From Chloroflexota bacterium (GTDB lineage Bacteria > Chloroflexota > Limnocylindria > Limnocylindrales > CSP1-4), in the NCBI GenBank assembly GCA_044506615.1, contig JBIQKJ010000004.1:134383-198382 (forward strand): a stretch of 64,000 bases of DNA, given 5' to 3'. The position numbers and the translations under genes are program-made. Each line of letters starts with the position of its first letter. Position 1 is the first letter of the stretch. A model generated the notes under the pieces. The model was given only the letters and a program-made list of their open reading frames with translations. It was not told the DNA's origin and searched no databases. Shown piece by piece: positions 47,501 through 55,037 of this stretch.

Positions 47501-49957
47501 CTCGTCGCCGGACGCGGCCACGAGCGTCGTCCCGTCCCCGGTGGCGAGGAGGTGATCGACCGGTTGCCAGGTCGCGACGAGGAACGGCTCGAGCGGCGCG
47601 CCGCCGTCCGCCGCCGCGAGGTCGACGCCGTACAGGTCGCCGTCGGCCGTCCCGACGAACAGCTGCCGGAGCTCGTCGTCGAGCGTGAGCGCGCGCGGCT
47701 GCGCGACGTCGAGCGTGGCGATCAGGTCGCGCGACGCCAGGTCGTAGACGCGCAGCCCGTCGTCGGCGGCGACGTACAGGCGGTCGCCGACCTCCTGCCC
47801 GCTGCCGAACGGGTCGGTTCGTCGGGGCTCGACGAGCGCGTCGAAGACCGGCGAGCCGACGGCGCTCGTGGCGCTGACCCGGTTGTCCCCGAGCAGCGCG
47901 ATCCCGCCGGCCAGCACGTACTTGCCGAGGTGCGGGTGCGTCCACTCGTAGATGTCCTGCGATTCGCCGTAGCGCCAGACCTGGAGGAACTCCGCCGCGG
48001 TCTGGACGTGGTGCACCTCGTCGAAGTGGAAATGCGGCGGCTCGCCGAGCCGGAACGTGCGGAGGACGAGCGTGGCGACCACGAGCACGATGAGCAGCCA
48101 GACGTCGAGCCGGTCGATGCGACCGCCACCCTCACGCCTGAGCAGGAGGCTCCGGTCCGCCCGGATCGAGGGACCTGCCAGCCGGTCGAGGCGATCGTCG
48201 GCCGTCCGCCGCCGCGCGGCGAGCGGATCGACCGCCGCCGGGAGCGGATCGAGCGCCGGGCCCTCCGCCGCGCCGGGGCGCATCGTCGTGGGCGACGCCG
48301 GCTCGTCGTCGGGAGGCGGGGCGGTTGTCAGGCGCATCTCCGGCGGGGCGACCACCGCAGGGCGGTGCGGCGCGGCCTCGTGGCCCGGAGACGCGTCGCC
48401 GGGGGCCGCGGGCGCGTCCTCGGACAGCGGCTCCCGCGCGCCGGCCTCGGCAATCTCGTCCGCGAGGCGCTCGCGGCTGTCGGCGCGGAGCTGGGCGAGG
48501 CCCCAGGCGAACGCCACGAGATGGACCATCGCCACGATCGTCACGCCCGGCGCCGAGCGCAGGGCCTGCCCGATGCCCAGCCAGTCGACGACGCCGACCG
48601 CGCTGTGATCGAAGAGCGTCGTGAGGACCACGTACAGGTTCGCGAACGTCGCCGCCGACAGGACGACGTAGGCGAGCCGCCAGCGGATCGAGACCGCGGC
48701 GAGGATCGCGCCGAGCGCGAAGAACGGGAACATGTAGCGCTCGTGCACGCGGGTCGGGACGACGAAGAACGCCATCGCGAGCAGCGCGAGACCGACGAGC
48801 AGCGTCGCCCGGTCGGGCGAACGGGCGACGAGCCACAGCACGAGCGCGATCGACGCGAGCAGCAGCGTCGTGCCGACGAGCACCGCGGGAATGGGACCGA
48901 ACGTGACCGTGCCGGTGCTGCACCGGTCGCCGCCGCTGTCGTTCGGCGCGACGTTCGGGGTGTCGCAGATCCAGTACCCGTCGGCGGCCAGGCTGTAGCC
49001 GAGGTCCCCGGGGATCAGCGCCCACGGGTTGTAGGCGTTGACGGTCGTGTACGGATAGCCGCCGGCGGCCACGCCGACCTGCTCGAGCAGCCCCGAGCGA
49101 ATGAACGGCGCCTCGGGCGACGGCTCCACCACCGACAGCCCGAACGGCGCCGCGAGCACGACCGCGGTCACGAACCCCGCCAGCGCCGTCGTCAGGATGC
49201 GGACCGGTCGGTCGGTTCGGCGCTCCCAGGCACGGAACCGCTCCCCGGCGCCCGCGCCGGGAGGGGTGGCCGGGCGCTCGGGCGGCGGATCGTCGCCGTA
49301 GGCACCGCGCGGCCACAGCGCGCGGCGGATCGTGACGACGGCCACGAGCGGTACGAGGATCCCGAGCTGCGGCTTGATGATCGCCGCGGCCACGGTCAGG
49401 ACCGCCGCGCGCTCCGGCCGGTCGCGCCACAGCTCGCGCAGCGCGAGCAGGAGGAACACCGCCCCGAACGCGTCGACCTGGCCCCACACGGCGCTGTCGA
49501 ACCAGGTGACCGGATTGAGCACGACGAGGGCGGCGCCGAGGAGCGCGACTCCCTGGCGCGCGCCGAGCTCGCGAGCCATCGACCAGACCAGCCAGCCGAG
49601 GGCCGCGTCGGCGAGGATCGCGGGCAGCTTGACGAGGTCGCCGATGCCCCCGATCGCGCTCCCGACGACGCCGACCAGCCACAGCACGTAGAGGTAGCCC
49701 GGCGTGTAGTCGGCGAAGGCGACCCGATCGTAGAAGCCGTACGGCCCGCCGGCCGCCAGCTCGGCCGCCCACGCCCGGAACGAGACGACGTCGGTGATGA
49801 ACCCGGAGCCGGGCAGCAGGACGTATGCAATGATGAATCGGAGGGCGAGCCCGATCGCGAGCACGACCGCGACCGCGGCGACGGCCCCTGGGATCCCGGC
49901 AGACCGTGACGACGTTCGCGCGCTTCGCTCGGTCCCACCCCTGGCGGGGCCAGTCAC
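44558..49957 (-). CDS. 1799-aa polytopic membrane protein fusing two GT-C glycosyltransferase modules: an N-terminal GT-C domain (family not assignable by eye) and a GT39 protein-O-mannosyltransferase-like domain carrying a beta-propeller-like insert of about 390 aa
   Basis: Lower 1799 codons of ORF 44558..51748, with GTG at 49957. Module 1 (about aa 1-495): FADYTPGYLYVLW, KLPAILADA, WGQVD. A Pro/Ala linker follows (about aa 495-610). Module 2: FHFDEVHHVQTAAEFL, EWTHPHLGKYVLAGG, then repeats such as LYVAADDGLRVYDLASRDLIATLDV and LFVGTADGDLYGVDL, then AWRLPGVVAGALMAGLLYLLARILF, HSRIGMIDA, and the C-terminal SSPWWAWPFNLKPVWFYQ (PMT C-terminal 4-TM region). No stop codon separates the modules. 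Confidence 0.7.
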   Translation of the reverse strand: MTGPARGGTERSARTSSRSAGIPGAVAAVAVVLAIGLALRFIIAYVLLPGSGFITDVVSFRAWAAELAAGGPYGFYDRVAFADYTPGYLYVLWLVGVVGSAIGGIGDLVKLPAILADAALGWLVWSMARELGARQGVALLGAALVVLNPVTWFDSAVWGQVDAFGAVFLLLALRELWRDRPERAAVLTVAAAIIKPQLGILVPLVAVVTIRRALWPRGAYGDDPPPERPATPPGAGAGERFRAWERRTDRPVRILTTALAGFVTAVVLAAPFGLSVVEPSPEAPFIRSGLLEQVGVAAGGYPYTTVNAYNPWALIPGDLGYSLAADGYWICDTPNVAPNDSGGDRCSTGTVTFGPIPAVLVGTTLLLASIALVLWLVARSPDRATLLVGLALLAMAFFVVPTRVHERYMFPFFALGAILAAVSIRWRLAYVVLSAATFANLYVVLTTLFDHSAVGVVDWLGIGQALRSAPGVTIVAMVHLVAFAWGLAQLRADSRERLADEIAEAGAREPLSEDAPAAPGDASPGHEAAPHRPAVVAPPEMRLTTAPPPDDEPASPTTMRPGAAEGPALDPLPAAVDPLAARRRTADDRLDRLAGPSIRADRSLLLRREGGGRIDRLDVWLLIVLVVATLVLRTFRLGEPPHFHFDEVHHVQTAAEFLQVWRYGESQDIYEWTHPHLGKYVLAGGIALLGDNRVSATSAVGSPVFDALVEPRRTDPFGSGQEVGDRLYVAADDGLRVYDLASRDLIATLDVAQPRALTLDDELRQLFVGTADGDLYGVDLAAADGGAPLEPFLVATWQPVDHLLATGDGTTLVAASGDELAILDRDSGEVLASASVAGLADLAEAGTGPAVVSTPGDVPDPAAAAQRLVEILGGDAADYEERLALGEASTVITGIPDDAARTDIDEAIAAGELPGIEVADLARIAVAGTDGIVFLEVAGAAEVARLDIAGGAHGLTRVHVDSDQLYATTGPPDDPSFTVVSLGGDEATSPEIASTNFLPGPGTRIAFNDATEMVHVLGRTQDGAGWTVYVIEPHANAPYADAVLPFEPSALAWDIASERPQSDRQQLLAFAGDEAGSVATVEIGGNPFAWRLPGVVAGALMAGLLYLLARILFRRRDVAVLAGAFALLDGMLFAHSRIGMIDAVLGLCLVAAYVVFALLWTERWRGRWAFWVLLPIVGMFLGLALATKWIAAYSIGAIALLLLVRSALGRIVAIAGLVGITVVLGYMAMSVPEGQAGFGNVPFLLLMVALTLVAVVVTVTHPIAWSTDEFRFAVLAPAAGAVVVFFGALALGRETQPVAVGPLEVTPLEVALVLAILAPVVYGLFVVAGRAGFGPLARVPAPDDPVRLLDPPAAPPTAWLRPGWLLGLPLVWAAISLVVIPLAIYVASYLPWAAIENHRIIAGFPAGHTGQTLADLTAQMYRYHDQLTAEHAASSPWWAWPFNLKPVWFYQESFDTGTAASIYDAGNLVIWWIGVPALAFVAWQAYRRRSLALALIAIGFAAQWVPWARIDRAAFQYHYYTALPFVILALAYFVAELWHGPSRRTWLLAKAAAAAAIVAPAVLHLLSRPLCWAVGVEPGPACPELIPSFVLTARTALLAAVLVLGGLFLIREVLLLGGRGRDGSPTGSLLRLGVTAAIVAVAMLGVALVGDGELLRLENVPVEPIALVVAVPLGWLALQVLRARDPRRFVGGLLVAVVATFVAFYPNISGLRLPSAVVNAYQGLLPTYLYYFDFPVNTAERNAVTPLFTPMLALLLAAVAITCLVVAYSAWSWRIVEAERAAGERGIDATVGSAGPAPG

Positions 49958-49981
49958 CTGGGGAACGGCTCCTGCACGAGC

Positions 49982-51445
49982 GTGAAGGTGGATCGGAGCG
50001 TAGCACAGGGTCGGGCGCACGACGCCCGGTCGACCGAACGGACGGACGCGCACGGAGCGGCCTGGATCGCGGCCGCGATCGGCGTCGGTTTCATGGTGCT
50101 CGCCCTCGCGATCTACTCGCGGACGTTGGTCGAGCGGCCGTACGACCACTTCGTCTGGCAGGCGGCGGCCTACCTCGAGGGGCAGGTCGCGATCCGCTAC
50201 CCGACGCCGGACAACTGGTACTTCCAGGACGTGCTGCCGGTCGAGACCGCCGACGGTGTCGAACGGGGGCTCATCCCGTTCCCGCCATTGCCGGCGCTCC
50301 TGCTGCTGCCGTTCGTGGCGCTCCACGGCCTCGCCACCGACGACCAGCTGCTGTTCGTGGTGCTCGGTGCGGTCGACGTCGGGCTCTGCTGGTGGATGCT
50401 CGGGCGGCTCCGGATCCGCCCGGCGATCCGGATCGCGACGACCGGGTTCTTCGCCTTCGGCACCGTCTTCTGGTATACCGCGCAGCTCGCGACCACCTGG
50501 TACCAGGCGCACGTCGTCGCGGTCGGGCTCGCGATGCTCGCGATCGGCGTCGCGCTGGGCGGTGACCGCGCCGCCGCCGAGCCCGAGGTGGACGCGACGG
50601 AACCCCGCGACGCGCTCGCCGCGATCGCCCGTGACCGCCTCGCGGTCGACCCGCGCCAGTTCGCCGCCGGACTGCTCTTCGGGCTGGCCTGCACGGCCCG
50701 CCTGACGGTCGTGTTCGCGGCGCCGTTCTTCATGCTCGTCGGGAGCGGCGGCTCGTGGTGGCGGCGCAGCTGGTCGGCGGGGCTCGGTGCCGCGATCCCG
50801 GTCGGCGCGCTCGTCGCGTACAACCTCGCCACGACCGGGCACGTCTTCCACCCGGCGTACGAGGTGCTCTACGCGCTCGAGGCCACCTTCTACCCGACGC
50901 TCGGGTACAACCTCGACTGGGGCATCGAGGACCCGCGCTACATCCCGCAGAACCTCGGGATCATGCTGTTCTCGGCGCCGGACCTCCTTCCCGCAGCGGT
51001 CCCGGACTCGCTCGCGGTCGACCCGGTCCCGTACTGCACGGAGCCCGGCGCGGTGCGCGGGCTCTTCGACGCCACCTGCCCCCTCGCCGTGCCCCGCGAC
51101 GTCGGCATGAGCGTGCTGCTGACCTCGCCCGCCTATCTGCTCGTGCTGCCGGCGCTCCTCGGCCATCGCGGCAGCCGGCTCGCCGCCGGCGCGTTCGTCG
51201 CGGTCCTGCTCGTGGCGCTCGTGAACCTCATGCACTTCAGCCAGGGCTGGGTCCAGTTCGGCTACCGGTTCAGCAACGACTTCGCGCCGTGGGCACTGCT
51301 GCTGGTCGCGCTCGGGGCGGAACGGCTGGCGGCACGCGATCGCGGCGGCCCCGGTCCGGGACTGGCGCTCGTCGCGACGCTCGTGCTGGCCTCGGTCCTC
51401 GTGAACACCTGGGGCGTCGTGTGGGGCAACCTGCTCGGATGGTGA
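49982..51445 (+). CDS. GT-C fold glycosyltransferase (ArnT/PMT_2-like polytopic membrane protein)
   Basis: 487 aa with 10 or more TM segments. It has an early periplasmic-loop acidic motif region (YFQDVLPVE...PFPPLPALLLLPF). It is divergent from the giant gene, with only 24 nt between the starts, so the start is uncertain (GTG at 49982 or 49988). Confidence 0.6.
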   Translation: MKVDRSVAQGRAHDARSTERTDAHGAAWIAAAIGVGFMVLALAIYSRTLVERPYDHFVWQAAAYLEGQVAIRYPTPDNWYFQDVLPVETADGVERGLIPFPPLPALLLLPFVALHGLATDDQLLFVVLGAVDVGLCWWMLGRLRIRPAIRIATTGFFAFGTVFWYTAQLATTWYQAHVVAVGLAMLAIGVALGGDRAAAEPEVDATEPRDALAAIARDRLAVDPRQFAAGLLFGLACTARLTVVFAAPFFMLVGSGGSWWRRSWSAGLGAAIPVGALVAYNLATTGHVFHPAYEVLYALEATFYPTLGYNLDWGIEDPRYIPQNLGIMLFSAPDLLPAAVPDSLAVDPVPYCTEPGAVRGLFDATCPLAVPRDVGMSVLLTSPAYLLVLPALLGHRGSRLAAGAFVAVLLVALVNLMHFSQGWVQFGYRFSNDFAPWALLLVALGAERLAARDRGGPGPGLALVATLVLASVLVNTWGVVWGNLLGW

Positions 51446-52995
51446 GCCCTCCACGCTGGGTCGCGCCCGTCGCCGTCGGCCTCGCGGCGTTCGTGCTGGC
51501 TCGCTGGACGCTGCTCCCCGGGGTCGCCTTCTGGGACACCGCGGAGCTGCAGGCCGTCGCACCGCTGATGGGAACCGCGCATCCGACCGGCTTCCCGACA
51601 TACGTCGTGCTCGGCTGGCTGGCCTCCGTCGTGCTCCAGCCGTTCGGTGAGCCGGCGTTCCGGATGAACCTGTTCTCCGCGCTGTCGGTTGCGGTCGCGG
51701 CCGCCGTGACGGTCGACCTCGTCCGGGCCCTGACGGGGTCCCGTGCAATCGGCATCGCCGCCGGGCTGGGGCTCGCCGTCACCCCGGTGGTCTGGGACAA
51801 CGCCACCCACGCCGAGGCCCACACGCTGCACCTCGCGCTGGTCGCGATCCTCCTGCGGCTCCTTGTCGGATGGGAGGACCGCCGGCGCGCCGCTGACCCG
51901 GACGCCCGTGCCGGCGCCGATCGCTGGCTGGCGGCGGCGGCGGTCGTGTTCGGCCTGTCGCTCGGCAACCACTCGCTGACGCTGCTGCTGGCGGTTCCCG
52001 TCGGCCTGTTCGTCCTCGCGGTCGAGCCCGGCATCGTCGGCCGGCCGCGGTTCATCGCGGCCTGCGCGGCGGCGCTCGCGGCCACGGTCGTGCTGGTGTA
52101 CCTCGAGCTCCCGCTGCGGGCCGGGCCGTTCCGGGCCCCGCTGGTCTACGGTCGACCCGAGACCTGGGACGGCTTCTGGTACATCGTGCTCGCGGAGCAG
52201 TTCCGCGGCAGCCTCAGCGCGCCGTTCGCCGACATGGCCGGCAAGGTGGCCGCGCTCGTCGACCGAAGCGTCGGAGCGTTCGGCCCACTGACGCCGCTCG
52301 TGCCGCTCGGGCTCGCGGCGACGGTCGTGGTCCGGCCGCGGTACGCGCTCCTCACCGGTCTCGGGGCGCTCATCACGGTCTTCTTCGCCGCGTCCTACGA
52401 CAACGCCGCGATCGAGCGGTACGACCTGGGGCCGATCCTGTTCGCCTGGACGTGGCTCGCGATCCTCGCCGCGTCGGCGGCCGGCCTTCTCGCCCGGGCG
52501 TGGCGCGGCGGCATCCGCCGGGAGGAGCCGCGGGGTCAGTGGCGGCCGGCGCTCCCCGCCGGCGGGGTGGCGCGGGTGCTCGTCGCGACGCTGCTCGTGC
52601 TGGCGGTCCTGCCCGGCGTGCCGCGGACGTTCGAGCGCGTGGATGCGAGCGGCGACCGCCTTGCCGAGCGCTGGCTCGACGACGTCGACGCGGCGCTCGA
52701 GCCGAACGCGGTCGTCGTGAGCTGGTGGAGCTTCTCGACTCCGCTATGGTACGCGCAGCACGTCGAGGGCCGGCGACCGGACATCGAGATCATCGACGAT
52801 CGAACCCGTCTCGATCGCGACCTCGGGTCGGTCGCGGACGTGATCAACGCGCACCTCGGCGCGCGGCCCGTCTACGTGATCCGCCCGGCGAACGAGCTGG
52901 CGGCGCTCGAGGAGGACTACGTCATCGAGTCGATCCATGTCGGCATGCCGGACCCGCTCGCCCGGGTGCTCGCACGACGCGAGGCCGGCTCATGA
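51442..52995 (+). CDS. DUF2723 / TMEM260-like GT-C glycosyltransferase
   Basis: 517 aa with a GTGA overlap. The N-terminal signature is GVAFWDTAELQAVAPLMGTAHPTGFPTYVVLGW. It is polytopic with a C-terminal soluble domain. Confidence 0.7.
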   Translation: MSPPRWVAPVAVGLAAFVLARWTLLPGVAFWDTAELQAVAPLMGTAHPTGFPTYVVLGWLASVVLQPFGEPAFRMNLFSALSVAVAAAVTVDLVRALTGSRAIGIAAGLGLAVTPVVWDNATHAEAHTLHLALVAILLRLLVGWEDRRRAADPDARAGADRWLAAAAVVFGLSLGNHSLTLLLAVPVGLFVLAVEPGIVGRPRFIAACAAALAATVVLVYLELPLRAGPFRAPLVYGRPETWDGFWYIVLAEQFRGSLSAPFADMAGKVAALVDRSVGAFGPLTPLVPLGLAATVVVRPRYALLTGLGALITVFFAASYDNAAIERYDLGPILFAWTWLAILAASAAGLLARAWRGGIRREEPRGQWRPALPAGGVARVLVATLLVLAVLPGVPRTFERVDASGDRLAERWLDDVDAALEPNAVVVSWWSFSTPLWYAQHVEGRRPDIEIIDDRTRLDRDLGSVADVINAHLGARPVYVIRPANELAALEEDYVIESIHVGMPDPLARVLARREAGS

Positions 52996-53759
52996 CGGCC
53001 CGGGTCCCGCGGCTGTCGTACTTCTTCCCGGCGCACAATGAGGAGGCCAACCTCGCGGCGCTCGTCGAGGAGGCCCTGGCGACGCTTCCCGGGCTGGCCG
53101 ACGCGTTCGAGATCATCGCGGTCGACGACGGCTCGAGGGACCGCACGGCGGCAATCGCCGAGGAGCTGGCCGCGGCACATCCCGGGCTCGTGCGGCTCGT
53201 CCGCCATCCCGTCAACCTCGGCTACGGCGCGGCGCTGCGCTCGGGGCTCGCGGCCTCGCGCTACGAGCTCGTGGCGTTCACGGACGGGGACCGCCAGTTC
53301 AGGGTGGAGGACGTCGGCCGGCTGCTCGAGCGGCTGGCCGCGCCCGACGCTCCCGACGTCGTCGTCGGCTTCCGCATCAAGCGCGCCGACCCGCTGATCC
53401 GGACCCTCTACGCGCGGCTGTACCGCCTCGCGAACCGGATCTTCTTCGGTCTCCGGGTCACCGACGTCGACTGCGCCTGCAAGGTGTTCCGGCGCGAGGC
53501 GCTCGACGGCATCCGGGTCGAGTCCGGCGGGGCCTTCTTCTCGGCCGAGCTCCTGATCAAGCTGCGCGCGGCCGGCCGGTCCGTCGTGGAGGTGGGCGTG
53601 CCGCACTACCCGCGGACCGCCGGGTCCCCGACGGGCGCGAAGCCGTCGGTCGTGCTCCGGGCGGTGAAGGACTTCTGGCTCACGCGCGTCCGGATGTGGG
53701 CGAACCGGCGACGGGCGCTGCGCCGCGGCGAGCCGATCCTGGGCGGCCCCGCGACCTAG
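52992..53759 (+). CDS. GT2 polyprenyl-phosphate glycosyltransferase (Ppm1/DPM1/ArnC-like)
   Basis: 255 aa with an ATGA overlap. SYFFPAHNEE, IIAVDDGSRDRT, FTDGDRQF, DVDCACKVFRR. Confidence 0.85.
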   Translation: MTARVPRLSYFFPAHNEEANLAALVEEALATLPGLADAFEIIAVDDGSRDRTAAIAEELAAAHPGLVRLVRHPVNLGYGAALRSGLAASRYELVAFTDGDRQFRVEDVGRLLERLAAPDAPDVVVGFRIKRADPLIRTLYARLYRLANRIFFGLRVTDVDCACKVFRREALDGIRVESGGAFFSAELLIKLRAAGRSVVEVGVPHYPRTAGSPTGAKPSVVLRAVKDFWLTRVRMWANRRRALRRGEPILGGPAT

Positions 53760-54307
53760 CTCTCGCGACCCTCGCCCTCGCCCGGGTCGAGGTCGAGCGA
53801 GTTGACGAAGTCGCGGAAGACGTCCAGCCGGGGGTCGACCACCCGCTCGCCGGTCGACTCGAGGGCCGAGCCGGGCTCGCCGTCGTCGCCGAGCCCGCCG
53901 TCCGCGCCGAGGCCCGCCTGGTCCAGCACGTCGAGCGCCGCGTAGACCCGGACGCTCGTCCGGACCGCCAGCGCGAGCGCGTCCGAGGGACGCGAGTCGA
54001 CCTCGACCACCCGACCGTCGAGCTCGAGGAAGATCCGGGCGTGGAACGTCTCCTCGGCGAGCTCCGAGATGACGACGCGGTCGACGTTGGCACCGAGCCC
54101 CTCGAGCGCTGCGACGAACAGATCGTGGGTGAGCGGGCGCTCCGGGGCGAGACCCTGGAGCCGCATCGCGATCGCGCTGGCCTCCCACGGACCGATCCAG
54201 ATCGGCAGGTAGCGCTCGCGCTCCTTCTCCTTGAGGATCACGACGTGGCGGTTGGAGAGCATGTGTACGCGCACGCTCTCGACGACCATCTCGACCAGCT
54301 CCGCCAT
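53756..54307 (-). CDS. bifunctional nuclease family protein (BFN/DUF151)
   Basis: 183 aa from MAELVEMVVESVRVHMLSNRHVVILKEKERERYLPIWIG..EA.AI....G...ERPLTHDL...SRPSDALALAVR, with an acidic C-terminal tail. Confidence 0.75.
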   Translation of the reverse strand: MAELVEMVVESVRVHMLSNRHVVILKEKERERYLPIWIGPWEASAIAMRLQGLAPERPLTHDLFVAALEGLGANVDRVVISELAEETFHARIFLELDGRVVEVDSRPSDALALAVRTSVRVYAALDVLDQAGLGADGGLGDDGEPGSALESTGERVVDPRLDVFRDFVNSLDLDPGEGEGRES

Positions 54308-54314
54308 GGCGCGA

Positions 54315-55022
54315 TTATCCCACGGGATGCGGTCCGGACGGCCCTGCCCGCCCGCCCGCGAGCAGCCGGATCGCGAGCGCGCCCGCGACGAAGCCGCCGA
54401 TGTGCGCGAAGAACGCCACGCCGCCCGTCGTCTCCGCACCGAGCGACGCCAGGCCGTCGAACAGCTGGAGGACGAACCAGAAGCCCAGCACGAGCACCGC
54501 CGGCACGTCGATCAGCTGGTAGAAGAAGCCGAGGAACACGAGCGTCGTGATGCGGGCCCGCGGGAACAGCACGAGATACCCGCCCAGGGTCGCGGCGATG
54601 GCCCCGGACGCGCCGACCATCGGAACCGTCGATTCGGGCGCCACGGCGATCTGGGCGAGCGCCGCGAGGACCCCGCCGGCGAGGTAGAACAGCAGGAACG
54701 TGACGCGCCCGAGCCGATCCTCGATGTTGTTCCCGAAGATCCACAGGTAGAGCAGGTTGCCGAGCAGGTGGATGACGCCACCGTGCAGGAACTGGCTCGT
54801 GACGAGCGTGGCGGTCTCCTGGGACAGCACCCCACCGGCACGCCACGCAGCGAGGACGTCGGCCGGCACGACACCCCATTCCCGGACGAACGGCTCCAGC
54901 GACGGCCGGGCGGTGGCGTCGAGGCCCAGCTCGTAGGCGAACGCGACGATGCACGCGACGATCAGCCCCAGCGTGACGATCGGCGTGCGCGTGGTCGGGT
55001 TCGCGTCCCGAAGCGGGATCAC
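54315..55022 (-). CDS. rhomboid-family intramembrane serine protease
   Basis: 235 aa, 6 TM segments. HGGVIHLLGNLLYLWIFG, catalytic GASGAI, and AHIGGFVAG (His). Confidence 0.85.
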   Translation of the reverse strand: MIPLRDANPTTRTPIVTLGLIVACIVAFAYELGLDATARPSLEPFVREWGVVPADVLAAWRAGGVLSQETATLVTSQFLHGGVIHLLGNLLYLWIFGNNIEDRLGRVTFLLFYLAGGVLAALAQIAVAPESTVPMVGASGAIAATLGGYLVLFPRARITTLVFLGFFYQLIDVPAVLVLGFWFVLQLFDGLASLGAETTGGVAFFAHIGGFVAGALAIRLLAGGRAGPSGPHPVG

Positions 55023-55037
55023 CGGGCGCGGTCCGCG

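Noticed and set aside
44376-49909. 1189-aa minus-strand (44376..47945) and 1547-aa plus-strand (45266..49909) ORFs overlapping the giant GT-C gene
   Set aside because: Arg/Gly/Pro/Asp low-complexity translations in alternative frames. The 44558..49957 frame has TM periodicity and GT39 motifs.
49958-51748. Upper 597 codons of the 2396-aa ORF 44558..51748
   Set aside because: Arg/Glu/Asp/Pro-rich junk lying antisense to the plus-strand GT-C genes (49982..52995). Hydrophobic GT-C sequence begins just after GTG 49957.
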